A DNA stretch of 64,000 nt, taken from the sequence record MK373782.1; one strand, written 5' to 3'. The notes under the pieces were generated by a model. It ran no database searches. It had not been told where the DNA came from and saw nothing but the letters and a program-made list of their open reading frames with translations. The translations under genes were made by a program, and so were the position numbers. This DNA is from Escherichia phage vB_EcoM_KAW3E185. Shown piece by piece: positions 29,239-42,052 of the stretch; the first letter of the stretch is position 1, and each line of letters opens with the position of its first letter.

Positions 29239-30686
29239 TGGCTGATATAACTCTGGTAGATTTACCATATGTTGACGGCCCGCCAGACGCGGGTCAGAGT
29301 CGTATTGAATGGATTAAAAACGATGAAGAAATAACAGGTGCTGACACAAAATACGGTTCTGAAGGTGTAATGAACCGTCCTATTGTTGAAGTTCAACGTA
29401 ACGTAGAAGCGTTAGATGTTAATATTAAAACTATAGCATCTTCTTTGAATACGGCCAATGAAGATATCAAAGTTATTCAAGGTATTTTAGATGTTTCTGG
29501 GGATGTTGATGCTCTTGCACAGATAGGCCAGAACACCCAAGATATCGATGTCATTAAAGTCACAGTTCAAACCCATGCTAGTGAATTGAATGATTTGAAT
29601 GAACATATTGATGCGAATACTGATGATATTGGTGTTTATAATCAGGAAACAGATTCAGTTTATAGAACGGTTCGTAATGACCTGCTTTGGATTAAAAATG
29701 AATTAGGACAATATACTGGTCAAGATATTAATGGGGTTCCTACTCCAGGAAATGATAGCACTGGTATGAAACGCCGTATTATGACTAATAGCTCCGTAAT
29801 TGTTGACCATGGTGTTCGATTAACTGATTTAGAAACTAAATTTGCTGATTCTGACGTCGGCTCTTTAACTATTGAAGTCGAACACTTGCGCGAAGAAATG
29901 GGGCCTCGTACTTCTTTCACTACTCCAGTGTTTAGTCGTCTTTCCGGTATTGATTTAACTTTGTCGCGTCAAAATGCTGACTTGGATGGCATTAAACAGT
30001 CTATTGGGTATCCTAATACGACTTCTATTATTACTACCACTAATGCAAATAGTTCAGCAATAAATGACATTAATCTTGAGCTCAATCAATCAGGTGGTAT
30101 TAAACCTCGTTTGACTACGGTAGAAACTGCCATTGGCGCTGATGATTTGCCTACTACAATCCAAGGACGTATTAAACTCAATACTGATGCTATCGGAGCA
30201 TTGAACACTGTTGTCGGCTCTGATTCTTCGTCAGGACTGCGTTTTAATGTGTCATGGTTAAATAACGTAGTCGGTGTTGACGCTTCAGGTGGGAAACCGG
30301 AACCAGACGGCTCTTTGCTTTATCGTACTCGAGAGCTTGAAGGAACTATCGGTGGGATGAGTAATGACATTCAGAACATTCAAACTGATGTTGGGACTAA
30401 TTCCACAGGAATTAAGGGTTCTGTAAACACATTAAATACTCTTATAAATGGCACCAACCCAAATGGTTCGACTGTTGAAGAACGCGGTATATTGCCTACA
30501 GTTAAAAGTCATGATATGACAATTAATGGTTTAACTTCTAGAATTGCTACTCTTGAAACTGATTTGGCCGCTGCAGAAGCTGAAATCCAAACTCTTAAGG
30601 ACGCTGGATATATTGAAGATGCTCCTTCAGACGGTAAATTCTATGTTCGCAAAGATGGCGCATGGGTTGAACTTCCTACAGCTTAA
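29238..30686 (+). CDS. wac: Fibritin (whiskers) with C-terminal foldon
   Basis: 482 aa; coiled-coil repeats; C-terminus GYIEDAPSDGKFYVRKDGAWVELPTA is foldon-like. Confidence 0.9.
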   Translation: MADITLVDLPYVDGPPDAGQSRIEWIKNDEEITGADTKYGSEGVMNRPIVEVQRNVEALDVNIKTIASSLNTANEDIKVIQGILDVSGDVDALAQIGQNTQDIDVIKVTVQTHASELNDLNEHIDANTDDIGVYNQETDSVYRTVRNDLLWIKNELGQYTGQDINGVPTPGNDSTGMKRRIMTNSSVIVDHGVRLTDLETKFADSDVGSLTIEVEHLREEMGPRTSFTTPVFSRLSGIDLTLSRQNADLDGIKQSIGYPNTTSIITTTNANSSAINDINLELNQSGGIKPRLTTVETAIGADDLPTTIQGRIKLNTDAIGALNTVVGSDSSSGLRFNVSWLNNVVGVDASGGKPEPDGSLLYRTRELEGTIGGMSNDIQNIQTDVGTNSTGIKGSVNTLNTLINGTNPNGSTVEERGILPTVKSHDMTINGLTSRIATLETDLAAAEAEIQTLKDAGYIEDAPSDGKFYVRKDGAWVELPTA

Positions 30687-30718
30687 TGAAAAGGGCCTTC
30701 GGGCCCTAAAGGATTTAT

Positions 30719-31645
30719 ATGTCAGGTTATAATGCACAAAACCCTAAAGAATTAAAGGATGTAATATTACGTCGTTTAGGCGCTCCTATTGTAAATGTTG
30801 AATTAACTACGGACCAAATTTATGATTGTATTTCACGAGCGTTAGAACTTTATGGCGAATACCATTTTGACGGGTTGAATAAAGGTTTCCATGTATTTTT
30901 TGTTGATGACGAAGAAAAATACCGTCACGGCGTATTTGATATGCGTGGTTCTAATGTATTTGCTGTAACAAGAATTATAAGAACAAACGTTGGCTCTATT
31001 ACTTCAATGGATGGTAATGCAACTTATCCATGGTTCACTGATTTCCTTTTAGGAATGGCTGGTGTTTCAGGTGGTATGGGTAGTAATTGTGGTAAATTCT
31101 ACGGCCCGAACGCTTTTGGCGCTGACCTCGGGTATTATTCTCAATTAGTATCTTATATGGGTATGCTTCAAGATATGATTGCTCCTCTTCCAGATTTTTG
31201 GTTTAACTCTGCAAACGAGCAATTAAAAGTAATGGGTAACTTTAGACAGAAAGATGTTATTATCGTTGAATCGTATGTTCGCTCTTATATCGAGACCCAT
31301 AAGATGGTAGGAAATACAGTAGGGTACGGTCAGGTTGGTCCTCGTGATTCATGGTCTATTTCTGAACGTTATGATAATCCAGACCATAATTTGGTAGGAC
31401 GTCGAGTTGGTGAAGATCCTGCAACTAAACAAGGCGCATATAACAACCGCTGGGTTAAAGATTATGCAACTGCATTAGCTAAAGAGCTTAATGGACAAAT
31501 TCTTGCTAAACATCAAGGTATGATGTTACCGGGTGGCGTCACTGTTGATGGTGTTCGATTAATTGAAGAAGCACGTTTAGAGAAAGAAGCTTTACGAGAA
31601 GAGTTATATTTACTGGACCCTCCTGCAGGTATTTTGGTAGGTTAA
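30719..31645 (+). CDS. 13: gp13 neck protein
   Basis: 308 aa; T4 order. Confidence 0.9.
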   Translation: MSGYNAQNPKELKDVILRRLGAPIVNVELTTDQIYDCISRALELYGEYHFDGLNKGFHVFFVDDEEKYRHGVFDMRGSNVFAVTRIIRTNVGSITSMDGNATYPWFTDFLLGMAGVSGGMGSNCGKFYGPNAFGADLGYYSQLVSYMGMLQDMIAPLPDFWFNSANEQLKVMGNFRQKDVIIVESYVRSYIETHKMVGNTVGYGQVGPRDSWSISERYDNPDHNLVGRRVGEDPATKQGAYNNRWVKDYATALAKELNGQILAKHQGMMLPGGVTVDGVRLIEEARLEKEALREELYLLDPPAGILVG

Positions 31646-31646
31646 T

Positions 31647-32411
31647 ATGGCAACTTATGATAAAAATCTTTTCGCCAAACTAGAAAATCGTGGTGGCTAT
31701 TCTAAAACTAATGAAACCGAGATTTTAAACAAATACGTGAACTTCAACAAATACGAAAATAGTCAAACCCTAGCTGATGTTCTAGTGGCAGAAAGCATAC
31801 AGATGCGCGGTATTGAATGTTTTTATGTTCCACGTGAATATGTTGCCGTGGACCTTATCTTTGGTGAGGACCTTAAAAATAAATTTACTAAAGCATGGAA
31901 ATTTGCTGCATATCTGAACTCTTTTGAAGGTTATGAAGGAGCGAAATCGTTCTTCAGCAACTTCGGAATGCAAGTTCAAGACGAAGTTACATTATCTATT
32001 AACCCGGGTCTTTTCAAACACCAGGTCAACAATCAGGAGCCCAAGGAAGGTGATTTAATATACTTCCCAATGGACAACAGTTTGTTTGAGATTAACTGGG
32101 TTGAACCATATGACCCATTCTATCAAGTAGGTAAAAATGCGATTCGTAAAATTACTGCAGGCAAGTTTATTTACTCTGGCGAAGAAATCAATCCGGTGCT
32201 TCAGAAAAATGAAGGTATCAATATACCTGAATTTAGTGACTTGGAACTTAACCCTGTTAGAAATCTTGACGGTATCCATGACATTAATATCGATGAATAT
32301 TCTGAAGTTGAGCAAATCAATTCAGAGGCAAGTGAATACGTTGAGCCGTATGTAGTAGTTAACAACCGTGGTAGACAAAATTCACCATTTGACGATGGGT
32401 TTATGAATTAA
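31647..32411 (+). CDS. 14: gp14 neck protein
   Basis: 254 aa; T4 order. Confidence 0.9.
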   Translation: MATYDKNLFAKLENRGGYSKTNETEILNKYVNFNKYENSQTLADVLVAESIQMRGIECFYVPREYVAVDLIFGEDLKNKFTKAWKFAAYLNSFEGYEGAKSFFSNFGMQVQDEVTLSINPGLFKHQVNNQEPKEGDLIYFPMDNSLFEINWVEPYDPFYQVGKNAIRKITAGKFIYSGEEINPVLQKNEGINIPEFSDLELNPVRNLDGIHDINIDEYSEVEQINSEASEYVEPYVVVNNRGRQNSPFDDGFMN

Positions 32412-32463
32412 TAAATAGATAAGATAAAGCAAACACCGGTCGAAAGGCCGGTTAGGAGAAATG

Positions 32464-33285
32464 ATGTTTGGCTATTTTTACAACTCGTCGTTCAGGCGAT
32501 ATATCACAATGATGGGCGATTTGTTTTCAAATATCCAAGTTAACCGTCAATTGTCTACAGGCAATAAATTAATTAGAGTTCCTATTACGTATGCATCTAA
32601 AGAGCACTTTATGATGAAACTTAATAAATGGACCTCTATAAACTCACAAGAAGATGTGGCTAAAGTCGAAACTATTCTACCACGTATAAATCTCCAAATG
32701 GTAGATTTCGTTTATAACCCAACGTTTAAAACGAATATATTGAATAACTCTCTTTTGAGTAAATCGACTAAGGATATTGTAGACCAATACAACCCATCAC
32801 CAATTAAAATGATTTTTGAACTGAGCATCTTTACTCGTTATGAAGATGATATGTTCCAAATCGTTGAGCAAATTATTCCATATTTTCAGCCGCATTTTAA
32901 TACGACTATGATTGAGCAATATGGGCAGGATATTCCATTTGAAAGGGATATTAAAGTCGTATGGATGGCAGCAGCAATGGATGAACAAATAGACGGTGAT
33001 AATTTATCCCGTCGACGTTTAGAGTGGTCATTAACATTTGAAGTAAATGGATGGATGTATCCTCCGGTAGGCGCAGCTGAAGGCCTTATTAAAACGACTT
33101 ATCTTGATTTTCATGCTAACGAACGAGACCTTCAAACAGCCGCCAGTGTTTTTGAATCAGTTGATACAGAAATTAAACCGAGAGACGTTGAAGCACAAGA
33201 TTGGAATGGCGAAGTTGAACAAACTTATACTCATGATATTCCAATCCCGACTCCACCAACCCCTCCTGGTCCTAGAAAACAATAA
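32464..33285 (+). CDS. 15: gp15 tail sheath stabiliser / terminator
   Basis: N-terminus MFGYFYNSSFRRY matches T4 gp15. Confidence 0.9.
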   Translation: MFGYFYNSSFRRYITMMGDLFSNIQVNRQLSTGNKLIRVPITYASKEHFMMKLNKWTSINSQEDVAKVETILPRINLQMVDFVYNPTFKTNILNNSLLSKSTKDIVDQYNPSPIKMIFELSIFTRYEDDMFQIVEQIIPYFQPHFNTTMIEQYGQDIPFERDIKVVWMAAAMDEQIDGDNLSRRRLEWSLTFEVNGWMYPPVGAAEGLIKTTYLDFHANERDLQTAASVFESVDTEIKPRDVEAQDWNGEVEQTYTHDIPIPTPPTPPGPRKQ

Positions 33286-35611
<2,326 letters not shown>

Positions 35612-35638
35612 AAATAAAGCAAATTAAGAGGAATTAAA

Positions 35639-37621
35639 ATGTCACTTCTCTCTCCGGGCGTTGAGCTCAAAGAAACTACCGTACAGAGTACTGTAGTTAA
35701 TAACTCCACTGGTACTGCTGCCCTGGCTGGAAAATTCCAATGGGGACCTGCATTCCAGATTAAACAAATCACTGATGAAGTTGCATTAGTTGATATGTTT
35801 GGTACTCCTAATACGGATACAGCAGATTATTTCATGTCTGCTATGAACTTCCTTCAATATGGTAATGACCTTCGTGTTGTACGCGCAGTTGACCGTGATA
35901 CTGCTAAGAACTCATCTCCTGTAGCGGGCAATATTGAATTCACAATCTCTGCTGCTGGTAGTAACTATGCAGTTGGTGATAAAATTATCGTTAAGTATTT
36001 GACCGAAACTGTTGAAGCAGATGGTTATGTCACTTCAGTTGATGTCGATGGTAAAATTCTTAACATTTATATCCCAACCGGTAAAATTATTGCTCGTGCA
36101 AAAGAAATTAATGAATATCCGGCATTGGGTTCTAACTGGACCGCCGAAGTTGCCAGTTCTTCTTCTGGACTCTCTGGCGTTATTACAATTGGTTCTATCG
36201 TAACCGATTCGGGTATTCTGTTAACTGAAGTTGAAACTTCTGAAGAAGCTATTACTTCTCTAACTTTCCAAGAATCTATTAAAAAATATGGTGTCCCAGG
36301 CGTAGTTGCTCTTTATCCTGGTGAACTTGGCGACCAGCTCGAAATTGAAATCGTATCTAAAGCAGACTACGACAAAGGTGCTTCAGCCCAGTTAAAAATT
36401 TATCCTGATGGTGGTACTCGTGCATCTACTGCTAAAGCAATCTTTGGGTATGGCCCACAAACTGATGACCAATATGCAATTATCGTTCGTCGTAACGATG
36501 CTGTAGTTCAGAGCGTAGTTCTTTCTACTAAACGTGGTGAACGCGATATTTATGGTAGTAATATCTTTATTGATGATTTCTTTGCTAAAGGCGCAAGCAA
36601 TTATATTTTCGCTACTGCACAAGGTTGGCCAAAAGGTTTCTCTGGCGTAATCAAACTGGGCGGTGGTTTATCATCTAATGAAACGGTTGACGCTGGTGAT
36701 TTAATGGAAGCTTGGGATTTGTTTGCTGACCGCGAATCTGTTAATGCGCAGTTGTTTATTGCCGGTTCTTGTGCAGGTGAATCTTTAGAAGTTGCTTCTA
36801 CAGTTCAGAAACATGTTGTAGCAATTGGTGATTCTCGCCAAGATTGCTTGGTTCTTTGCTCACCGCCACGTGCAACTATAGTCGGTATTCCTGTTAATCG
36901 TGCAGTTGATAATCTGGTTGATTGGCGTACTGCATCAGGATCTTACACTGATAATAACTTTAATGTAAGTTCTACTTATGCTGCTATTGACGGTAACTAT
37001 AAATATCAATACGACAAATATAACGATGTGAATCGTTGGGTTCCGTTAGCTGCTGATATTGCCGGTCTTTGTGCTCGCACAGACAATATTTCTCAGCCTT
37101 GGATGTCTCCGGCCGGTTATAACCGTGGACAAATTCTTAACGTTATTAAGCTTGCAATTGAAACTCGTCAACCACAACGTGATCGTTTGTATCAGGAAGC
37201 TATTAACCCTGTTACTGGTACCGGTGGTGATGGATATGTTCTGTATGGTGATAAAACTGCCACTTCCGTTCCTTCACCATTTGACCGTATTAACGTTCGT
37301 CGTTTGTTCAATATGGTTAAAACGAACATTGGTTCAGCATCTAAATATCGCCTGTTTGAATTGAACAACGCATTTACCCGTTCTTCTTTCCGTACAGAGA
37401 CTTCTCAATATCTACAGGGTATTAAAGCTCTCGGTGGTGTATATAACTTTAAAGTTGTTTGTGATACTACCAATAACACCCCAGCAGTTATCGACCGTAA
37501 TGAATTTGTAGCTACTTTCTACTTACAACCTGCCCGCTCGATAAATTATATTACGTTGAACTTTGTAGCAACAGCAACTGGTGCCGATTTCGACGAACTG
37601 ATTGGTGCTGTAGGTGGTTAA
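35639..37621 (+). CDS. 18: gp18 tail sheath
   Basis: 660 aa; T4 order. Confidence 0.95.
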   Translation: MSLLSPGVELKETTVQSTVVNNSTGTAALAGKFQWGPAFQIKQITDEVALVDMFGTPNTDTADYFMSAMNFLQYGNDLRVVRAVDRDTAKNSSPVAGNIEFTISAAGSNYAVGDKIIVKYLTETVEADGYVTSVDVDGKILNIYIPTGKIIARAKEINEYPALGSNWTAEVASSSSGLSGVITIGSIVTDSGILLTEVETSEEAITSLTFQESIKKYGVPGVVALYPGELGDQLEIEIVSKADYDKGASAQLKIYPDGGTRASTAKAIFGYGPQTDDQYAIIVRRNDAVVQSVVLSTKRGERDIYGSNIFIDDFFAKGASNYIFATAQGWPKGFSGVIKLGGGLSSNETVDAGDLMEAWDLFADRESVNAQLFIAGSCAGESLEVASTVQKHVVAIGDSRQDCLVLCSPPRATIVGIPVNRAVDNLVDWRTASGSYTDNNFNVSSTYAAIDGNYKYQYDKYNDVNRWVPLAADIAGLCARTDNISQPWMSPAGYNRGQILNVIKLAIETRQPQRDRLYQEAINPVTGTGGDGYVLYGDKTATSVPSPFDRINVRRLFNMVKTNIGSASKYRLFELNNAFTRSSFRTETSQYLQGIKALGGVYNFKVVCDTTNNTPAVIDRNEFVATFYLQPARSINYITLNFVATATGADFDELIGAVGG

Positions 37622-37653
37622 TAAGACGCCTGATGGGCTACCGAAATAGCCCA

Positions 37654-37661
37654 TATAAATA
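37654..37661 (+). promoter_or_regulatory. Late promoter TATAAATA (gene 19), preceded by a hairpin
   Basis: GGGCTA-CCGAAA-TAGCCC hairpin then CATATAAATA. Confidence 0.65.
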
Positions 37662-37733
37662 TACTATATCGTTTAAAAATTAATTCTATGGGCATCCGGT
37701 TAATCCTAAGCCCATATTACTACAGAGGCTAAT

Positions 37734-38225
37734 ATGTTTGTAGATGACGTAACTCGCGCCTTCGAATCTGGTGATTTCGCTCGCCCTAACCTGTTCGAAG
37801 TAGAAATCTCTTATCTTGGGCAAAACTTTAGCTTCCAGTGTCGTGCTACGGCTCTTCCTGCTGCAATCGTTGAAAAGGTTCCTGTTTCTTATATGAACCG
37901 TAAAATTAACGTGGCCGGTGATCGTACATTCGATGATTGGACTATTACAGTAATGAACGACGATGCTCATAGTATTCGTCAGAAATTTGTTGATTGGCAA
38001 GGTATTGCAGCAGGACAAGGTAATGAAATTACCGGTGGTAAACCTGCTGAATATAAAAAGACTGCTATCGTTCGTCAATTTGCTCGTGATGCTAAAACGG
38101 TCACTAAAGAAGTTGAAATTGTCGGCTTGTGGCCTACTAACGTTGGTGAAGTATCTCTTGATTGGGATTCGAATAACGAGATTGAAACGTTCGAAGTAAC
38201 TCTTGCTCTTGATTGGTGGGAATAA
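37734..38225 (+). CDS. 19: gp19 tail tube
   Basis: 163 aa, same as T4 gp19. Confidence 0.95.
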   Translation: MFVDDVTRAFESGDFARPNLFEVEISYLGQNFSFQCRATALPAAIVEKVPVSYMNRKINVAGDRTFDDWTITVMNDDAHSIRQKFVDWQGIAAGQGNEITGGKPAEYKKTAIVRQFARDAKTVTKEVEIVGLWPTNVGEVSLDWDSNNEIETFEVTLALDWWE

Positions 38226-38273
38226 TCCGGTTGGGGAGAAATCCCCAGCTTCCCGTGATGACGGAGAAGTCCA

Positions 38274-38281
38274 TATAAATA
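38274..38281 (+). promoter_or_regulatory. Late promoter TATAAATA (gene 20), preceded by a hairpin
   Basis: GGGGA-GAAA-TCCCC hairpin then CATATAAATA. Confidence 0.65.
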
Positions 38282-38309
38282 TAACTATAATTCCCATTCG
38301 GAGAATACA

Positions 38310-39881
38310 ATGAAATTTAATATCTTAAGTTTGTTTGCTCCATGGGCAAAAATGGACGAACGTGATTACAAAGACCAAGAAAAAGAAAATTTAGAATCGA
38401 TCACCACACCAAAATTAGACGACGGTGCGAAAGAATACGAAGTATCTGAAAATGAAGCACAGCAAACATATAATGCTATGTTTCAGAGAATGTTCGGTAG
38501 CCAAGAACCAGGGCTCAAATCAACGCGTGAATTAATCGATACGTATCGAAATTTGATGACGAACTATGAAGTGGATAATGCAGTCTCTGAAATAGTTTCC
38601 GATGCTATCGTATATGAAGATGATACAGAAGTCGTTTCTATAAATTTAGACAACACAAAATTTAGTCCAAATATCAAATCAATGATGTTGGATGAATTTA
38701 ACGAAGTGTTAAATCATTTATCTTTCCAACGTAAAGGTTCAGACCATTTTAGACGTTGGTACGTAGATTCTCGAATTTTCTTCCATAAAATTATTGACCC
38801 TAAACGCCCTAAAGAAGGTATTAAAGAGCTTCGTCGTTTAGACCCACGTCAAGTTCAATATGTCCGTGAAGTTATTACAACCACTGAAGCCGGTGTTAAA
38901 ATAGTCAAGGGTTATAAAGAATATTTCATTTATGACACATCACACGAATCTTATGCTTGTGATGGTCGCATATATGAAGCTGGCACAAAAATAAAAATCC
39001 CTAAAGCCGCGATTGTTTATGCCCATTCTGGTTTAGTTGATTGTTGTGGTAAAAATATCATCGGTTATTTGCATCGGGCTATTAAGCCGGCGAACCAATT
39101 AAAACTTCTTGAAGATGCCGTCGTAATTTATCGTATTACTCGTGCTCCCGATCGTCGTGTATGGTACGTTGATACAGGTAATATGCCTTCAAGAAAAGCA
39201 GCAGAACATATGCAACATGTTATGAATACGATGAAAAACCGTATTGCATATGATGCTACTACAGGCAAGATTAAAAACCAGCAGCATATTATGTCGATGA
39301 CCGAAGATTATTGGTTACAACGACGTGATGGTAAAGCAGTAACAGAAGTTGATACATTACCGGGTGCAGATAATACCGGAAATATGGAAGATGTACGTTG
39401 GTTCCGTAATGCGCTTTATATGGCTTTACGTATTCCTATTACCCGTATTCCAAGCGACCAAGGTGGTATACAGTTTGATGCTGGTACTTCTATTACACGA
39501 GATGAATTGTCATTTGGTAAATTTATTCGTGAGCTGCAACATAAATTTGAAGAGATATTCCTAGACCCGCTTAAAACTAATTTAATTCTTAAAGGAATTA
39601 TTACAGAAGATGAGTGGAATGATGAAATAAATAATATTAAGATAAAATTTCATCGGGACAGTTATTTCTCGGAATTAAAGGATGCTGAGATTCTGGAGCG
39701 TCGTATTAATATGCTTCAGATGGCCGAACCATTTATTGGTAAATATATTTCTCACAGAACAGCTATGAAAGATATTCTTCAGATGTCTGACGAGGAAATT
39801 GAACAAGAGGCTAAGCAAATTGAAGAAGAGTCGAAAGAGGCTCGTTTCCAAGACCCCGACCAAGAACAAGAGGATTTTTAA
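38310..39881 (+). CDS. 20: gp20 portal vertex protein
   Basis: 523 aa; T4 order. Confidence 0.95.
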   Translation: MKFNILSLFAPWAKMDERDYKDQEKENLESITTPKLDDGAKEYEVSENEAQQTYNAMFQRMFGSQEPGLKSTRELIDTYRNLMTNYEVDNAVSEIVSDAIVYEDDTEVVSINLDNTKFSPNIKSMMLDEFNEVLNHLSFQRKGSDHFRRWYVDSRIFFHKIIDPKRPKEGIKELRRLDPRQVQYVREVITTTEAGVKIVKGYKEYFIYDTSHESYACDGRIYEAGTKIKIPKAAIVYAHSGLVDCCGKNIIGYLHRAIKPANQLKLLEDAVVIYRITRAPDRRVWYVDTGNMPSRKAAEHMQHVMNTMKNRIAYDATTGKIKNQQHIMSMTEDYWLQRRDGKAVTEVDTLPGADNTGNMEDVRWFRNALYMALRIPITRIPSDQGGIQFDAGTSITRDELSFGKFIRELQHKFEEIFLDPLKTNLILKGIITEDEWNDEINNIKIKFHRDSYFSELKDAEILERRINMLQMAEPFIGKYISHRTAMKDILQMSDEEIEQEAKQIEEESKEARFQDPDQEQEDF

Positions 39882-40117
39882 TGGACGATTTAATTCAAGC
39901 TATTAAATCAAACGACCTCGTTGCTACTCGAAAGTTTTTTGAAAGTGCAATGGCAGAAAAAGCGGTTCGTTTGATTGAAGCGCGTAAAGCAGAAATCGCT
40001 TCTCAATTTTTGATTGAAGGCGAAGAACCTGAAGAAGAAAAGAAAGCTAAAGCTTCGGAAGACGACGCTGATGAAGGCGATGACGACGAAGACGAAGATG
40101 ATGAGGACGATGAATAA
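39881..40117 (+). CDS. 67: gp67 prohead core protein
   Basis: 78 aa; acidic C-terminus; T4 order. Confidence 0.85.
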   Translation: MDDLIQAIKSNDLVATRKFFESAMAEKAVRLIEARKAEIASQFLIEGEEPEEEKKAKASEDDADEGDDDEDEDDEDDE

Positions 40118-40542
40118 TGTATCTTATCCCTGAATCTTATGAATTGGTACTCGAAAATGTCGAAGCACTTATTCCTGAAGCACAGGGCCGAATCGATGCA
40201 TTGTCTTCTGCTCTCGATATTGACGATATAAATACTATTATCGAGAACATGCTTGAAACTGAAACGGATTTAGCTGTTGCAATGGCTTCCATTATTAATG
40301 AAGAACAGTTAAATGAGTTTATCGTTAAACATGTTTCTTCTCGTGGTGAAGTCACCCGCACTAAAGACCGTAAAACTCGTGAACGTAACGCGTTCCAAAC
40401 CACTGGTCTTTCTAAAGCAAAACGTAGACAAATCGCTCGTAAGGTCGTTAAAGCTAAAAAAGCTAACCCTTCAGGCCAAGTTAAAGGCTTGCGTAAGCGT
40501 AAAAAGGCTCTTAAACGTCGTAAAGCATTAGGATTAAGCTAA
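40117..40542 (+). CDS. 68: gp68 prohead core protein
   Basis: 141 aa; T4 order. Confidence 0.85.
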   Translation: MYLIPESYELVLENVEALIPEAQGRIDALSSALDIDDINTIIENMLETETDLAVAMASIINEEQLNEFIVKHVSSRGEVTRTKDRKTRERNAFQTTGLSKAKRRQIARKVVKAKKANPSGQVKGLRKRKKALKRRKALGLS

Positions 40543-41189
40543 TGAATAAACCCGAGTTACTTATTGAAACTTGGGGTCAACCCGGTGAGATTATTGATGG
40601 CGTTCCAATGTTGGAATCTCATGATGGAAAAGATTCTGGCTTAAAACCAGGGCTTTATATAGAAGGTATTTTTCTTCAGGCAGAGGTTGTTAACCGAAAT
40701 AAACGTTTATATCCTAAACGCGTTTTGGAAAAAGCAGTAAGTGACTATATTAAAGAACAAGTCGCAACCAAACAAGCCCTTGGAGAATTAAACCATCCAC
40801 CTCGTGCAAATGTTGACCCTATGCAAGCCGCTATCATTATTGAAGATATGTGGTGGAAAGGAAACGATGTATATGGACGTGCTAGAATTATTGAAGGCGA
40901 CCATGGTCCCGGCGATAAATTAGCTGCTAATATACGAGCTGGTTGGATTCCAGGTGTTTCCTCTCGTGGTCTTGGTTCTTTAACCGACACCAATAAAGGG
41001 TACCGTATCGTGAACGAAGGATTTAAATTAACCGTCGGCGTAGATGCCGTATGGGGACCTTCTGCTCCAGATGCTTGGGTTACTCCTAAACAAATATCAG
41101 AATCAGAATCAGAAAATTCGGTGGAAATCACCAAAAACAGTGCTGACGAAGCATTTAAAGCTCTCGCAGAGAGTTTAAAAGCATTATAA
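40542..41189 (+). CDS. 21: gp21 prohead core protease
   Basis: 215 aa; T4 order. Confidence 0.9.
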   Translation: MNKPELLIETWGQPGEIIDGVPMLESHDGKDSGLKPGLYIEGIFLQAEVVNRNKRLYPKRVLEKAVSDYIKEQVATKQALGELNHPPRANVDPMQAAIIIEDMWWKGNDVYGRARIIEGDHGPGDKLAANIRAGWIPGVSSRGLGSLTDTNKGYRIVNEGFKLTVGVDAVWGPSAPDAWVTPKQISESESENSVEITKNSADEAFKALAESLKAL

Positions 41190-41192
41190 ATA
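41185..41192 (+). promoter_or_regulatory. Late promoter TATAAATA (gene 22)
   Basis: TATAAATA ~30 nt upstream of gene 22. Confidence 0.6.
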
Positions 41193-41222
41193 ATAATGTA
41201 ATCTAAACCACAGGACACTAAA

Positions 41223-42035
41223 ATGATCAAAGAACAACTTTTGAAAGAAGCTCAGAACATCGAGACTTCAGTTGCTCTTAATAGTGTTTTCGAATCAGTA
41301 GAACTGTCTCCGGACGTTAAAGCTAATTTCAGCACTGTATTCGAAGCCACCGTTAAGCAGGAAGCAGTCAAACTGGCTGAATCTCATATCAAAGCCATCG
41401 CCGAAAAGGCTGAAGAAGAAGTTGAAAAGGCCAAAGAAGATGCTGAAGAGAAAGCTGATAAAAAATTGGCTGAACAAGCTTCTAAATTCCTAGACCATCT
41501 TGCAAAAGAATGGCTCGCAGAAAACCAAATCGCAGTTGATAAAGGCATTAAAGCTGATTTGTTCGAATCCATGCTTGGTGGTCTGAAAGAACTGTTTGTT
41601 GAACATAACGTTGTTGTTCCAGAAGAATCTGTAGATGTTGTAGCAGAAATGGAAGAAGAGCTGGCCGAACATAAAGAAGAAACCGCTCGTTTGTTCGAAG
41701 AAGTTACCAAACGTGATGCATATATCAATTACGTTCAGCGTGAAACCGCTATTAATGAAAGCGTAAAAGACCTGACTGAATCTCAGAAAGAAAAAGTTAT
41801 TGGCCTGGTTGAAGGTATGGATTATTCTGACGCATTTGGTACTAAGTTAACTGCTATTGTAGAAATGGTTAAAGGTTCTACTAAAGAAGAAGCCGCTATT
41901 ACCGAAAGTATAAATACAGTTGACAATGACGCTGCCGGTCTTAATTTTGTTGCCGAAGCAGTTGACACTACCACAACTCAGGTAGAACAGAATTCTAATG
42001 TAAGTTTATATGCGAAAGTCGCATCTCGTTTCTAA
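41223..42035 (+). CDS. 22: gp22 prohead scaffold
   Basis: 270 aa; E/K-rich coiled coil; T4 order. Confidence 0.9.
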   Translation: MIKEQLLKEAQNIETSVALNSVFESVELSPDVKANFSTVFEATVKQEAVKLAESHIKAIAEKAEEEVEKAKEDAEEKADKKLAEQASKFLDHLAKEWLAENQIAVDKGIKADLFESMLGGLKELFVEHNVVVPEESVDVVAEMEEELAEHKEETARLFEEVTKRDAYINYVQRETAINESVKDLTESQKEKVIGLVEGMDYSDAFGTKLTAIVEMVKGSTKEEAAITESINTVDNDAAGLNFVAEAVDTTTTQVEQNSNVSLYAKVASRF

Positions 42036-42052
42036 TTTAAAGGTTAACACAA

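Noticed and set aside
37686-38297. Minus-strand 203-aa ORF
   Set aside because: Fully antisense to the tail tube gene gp19; shadow ORF.
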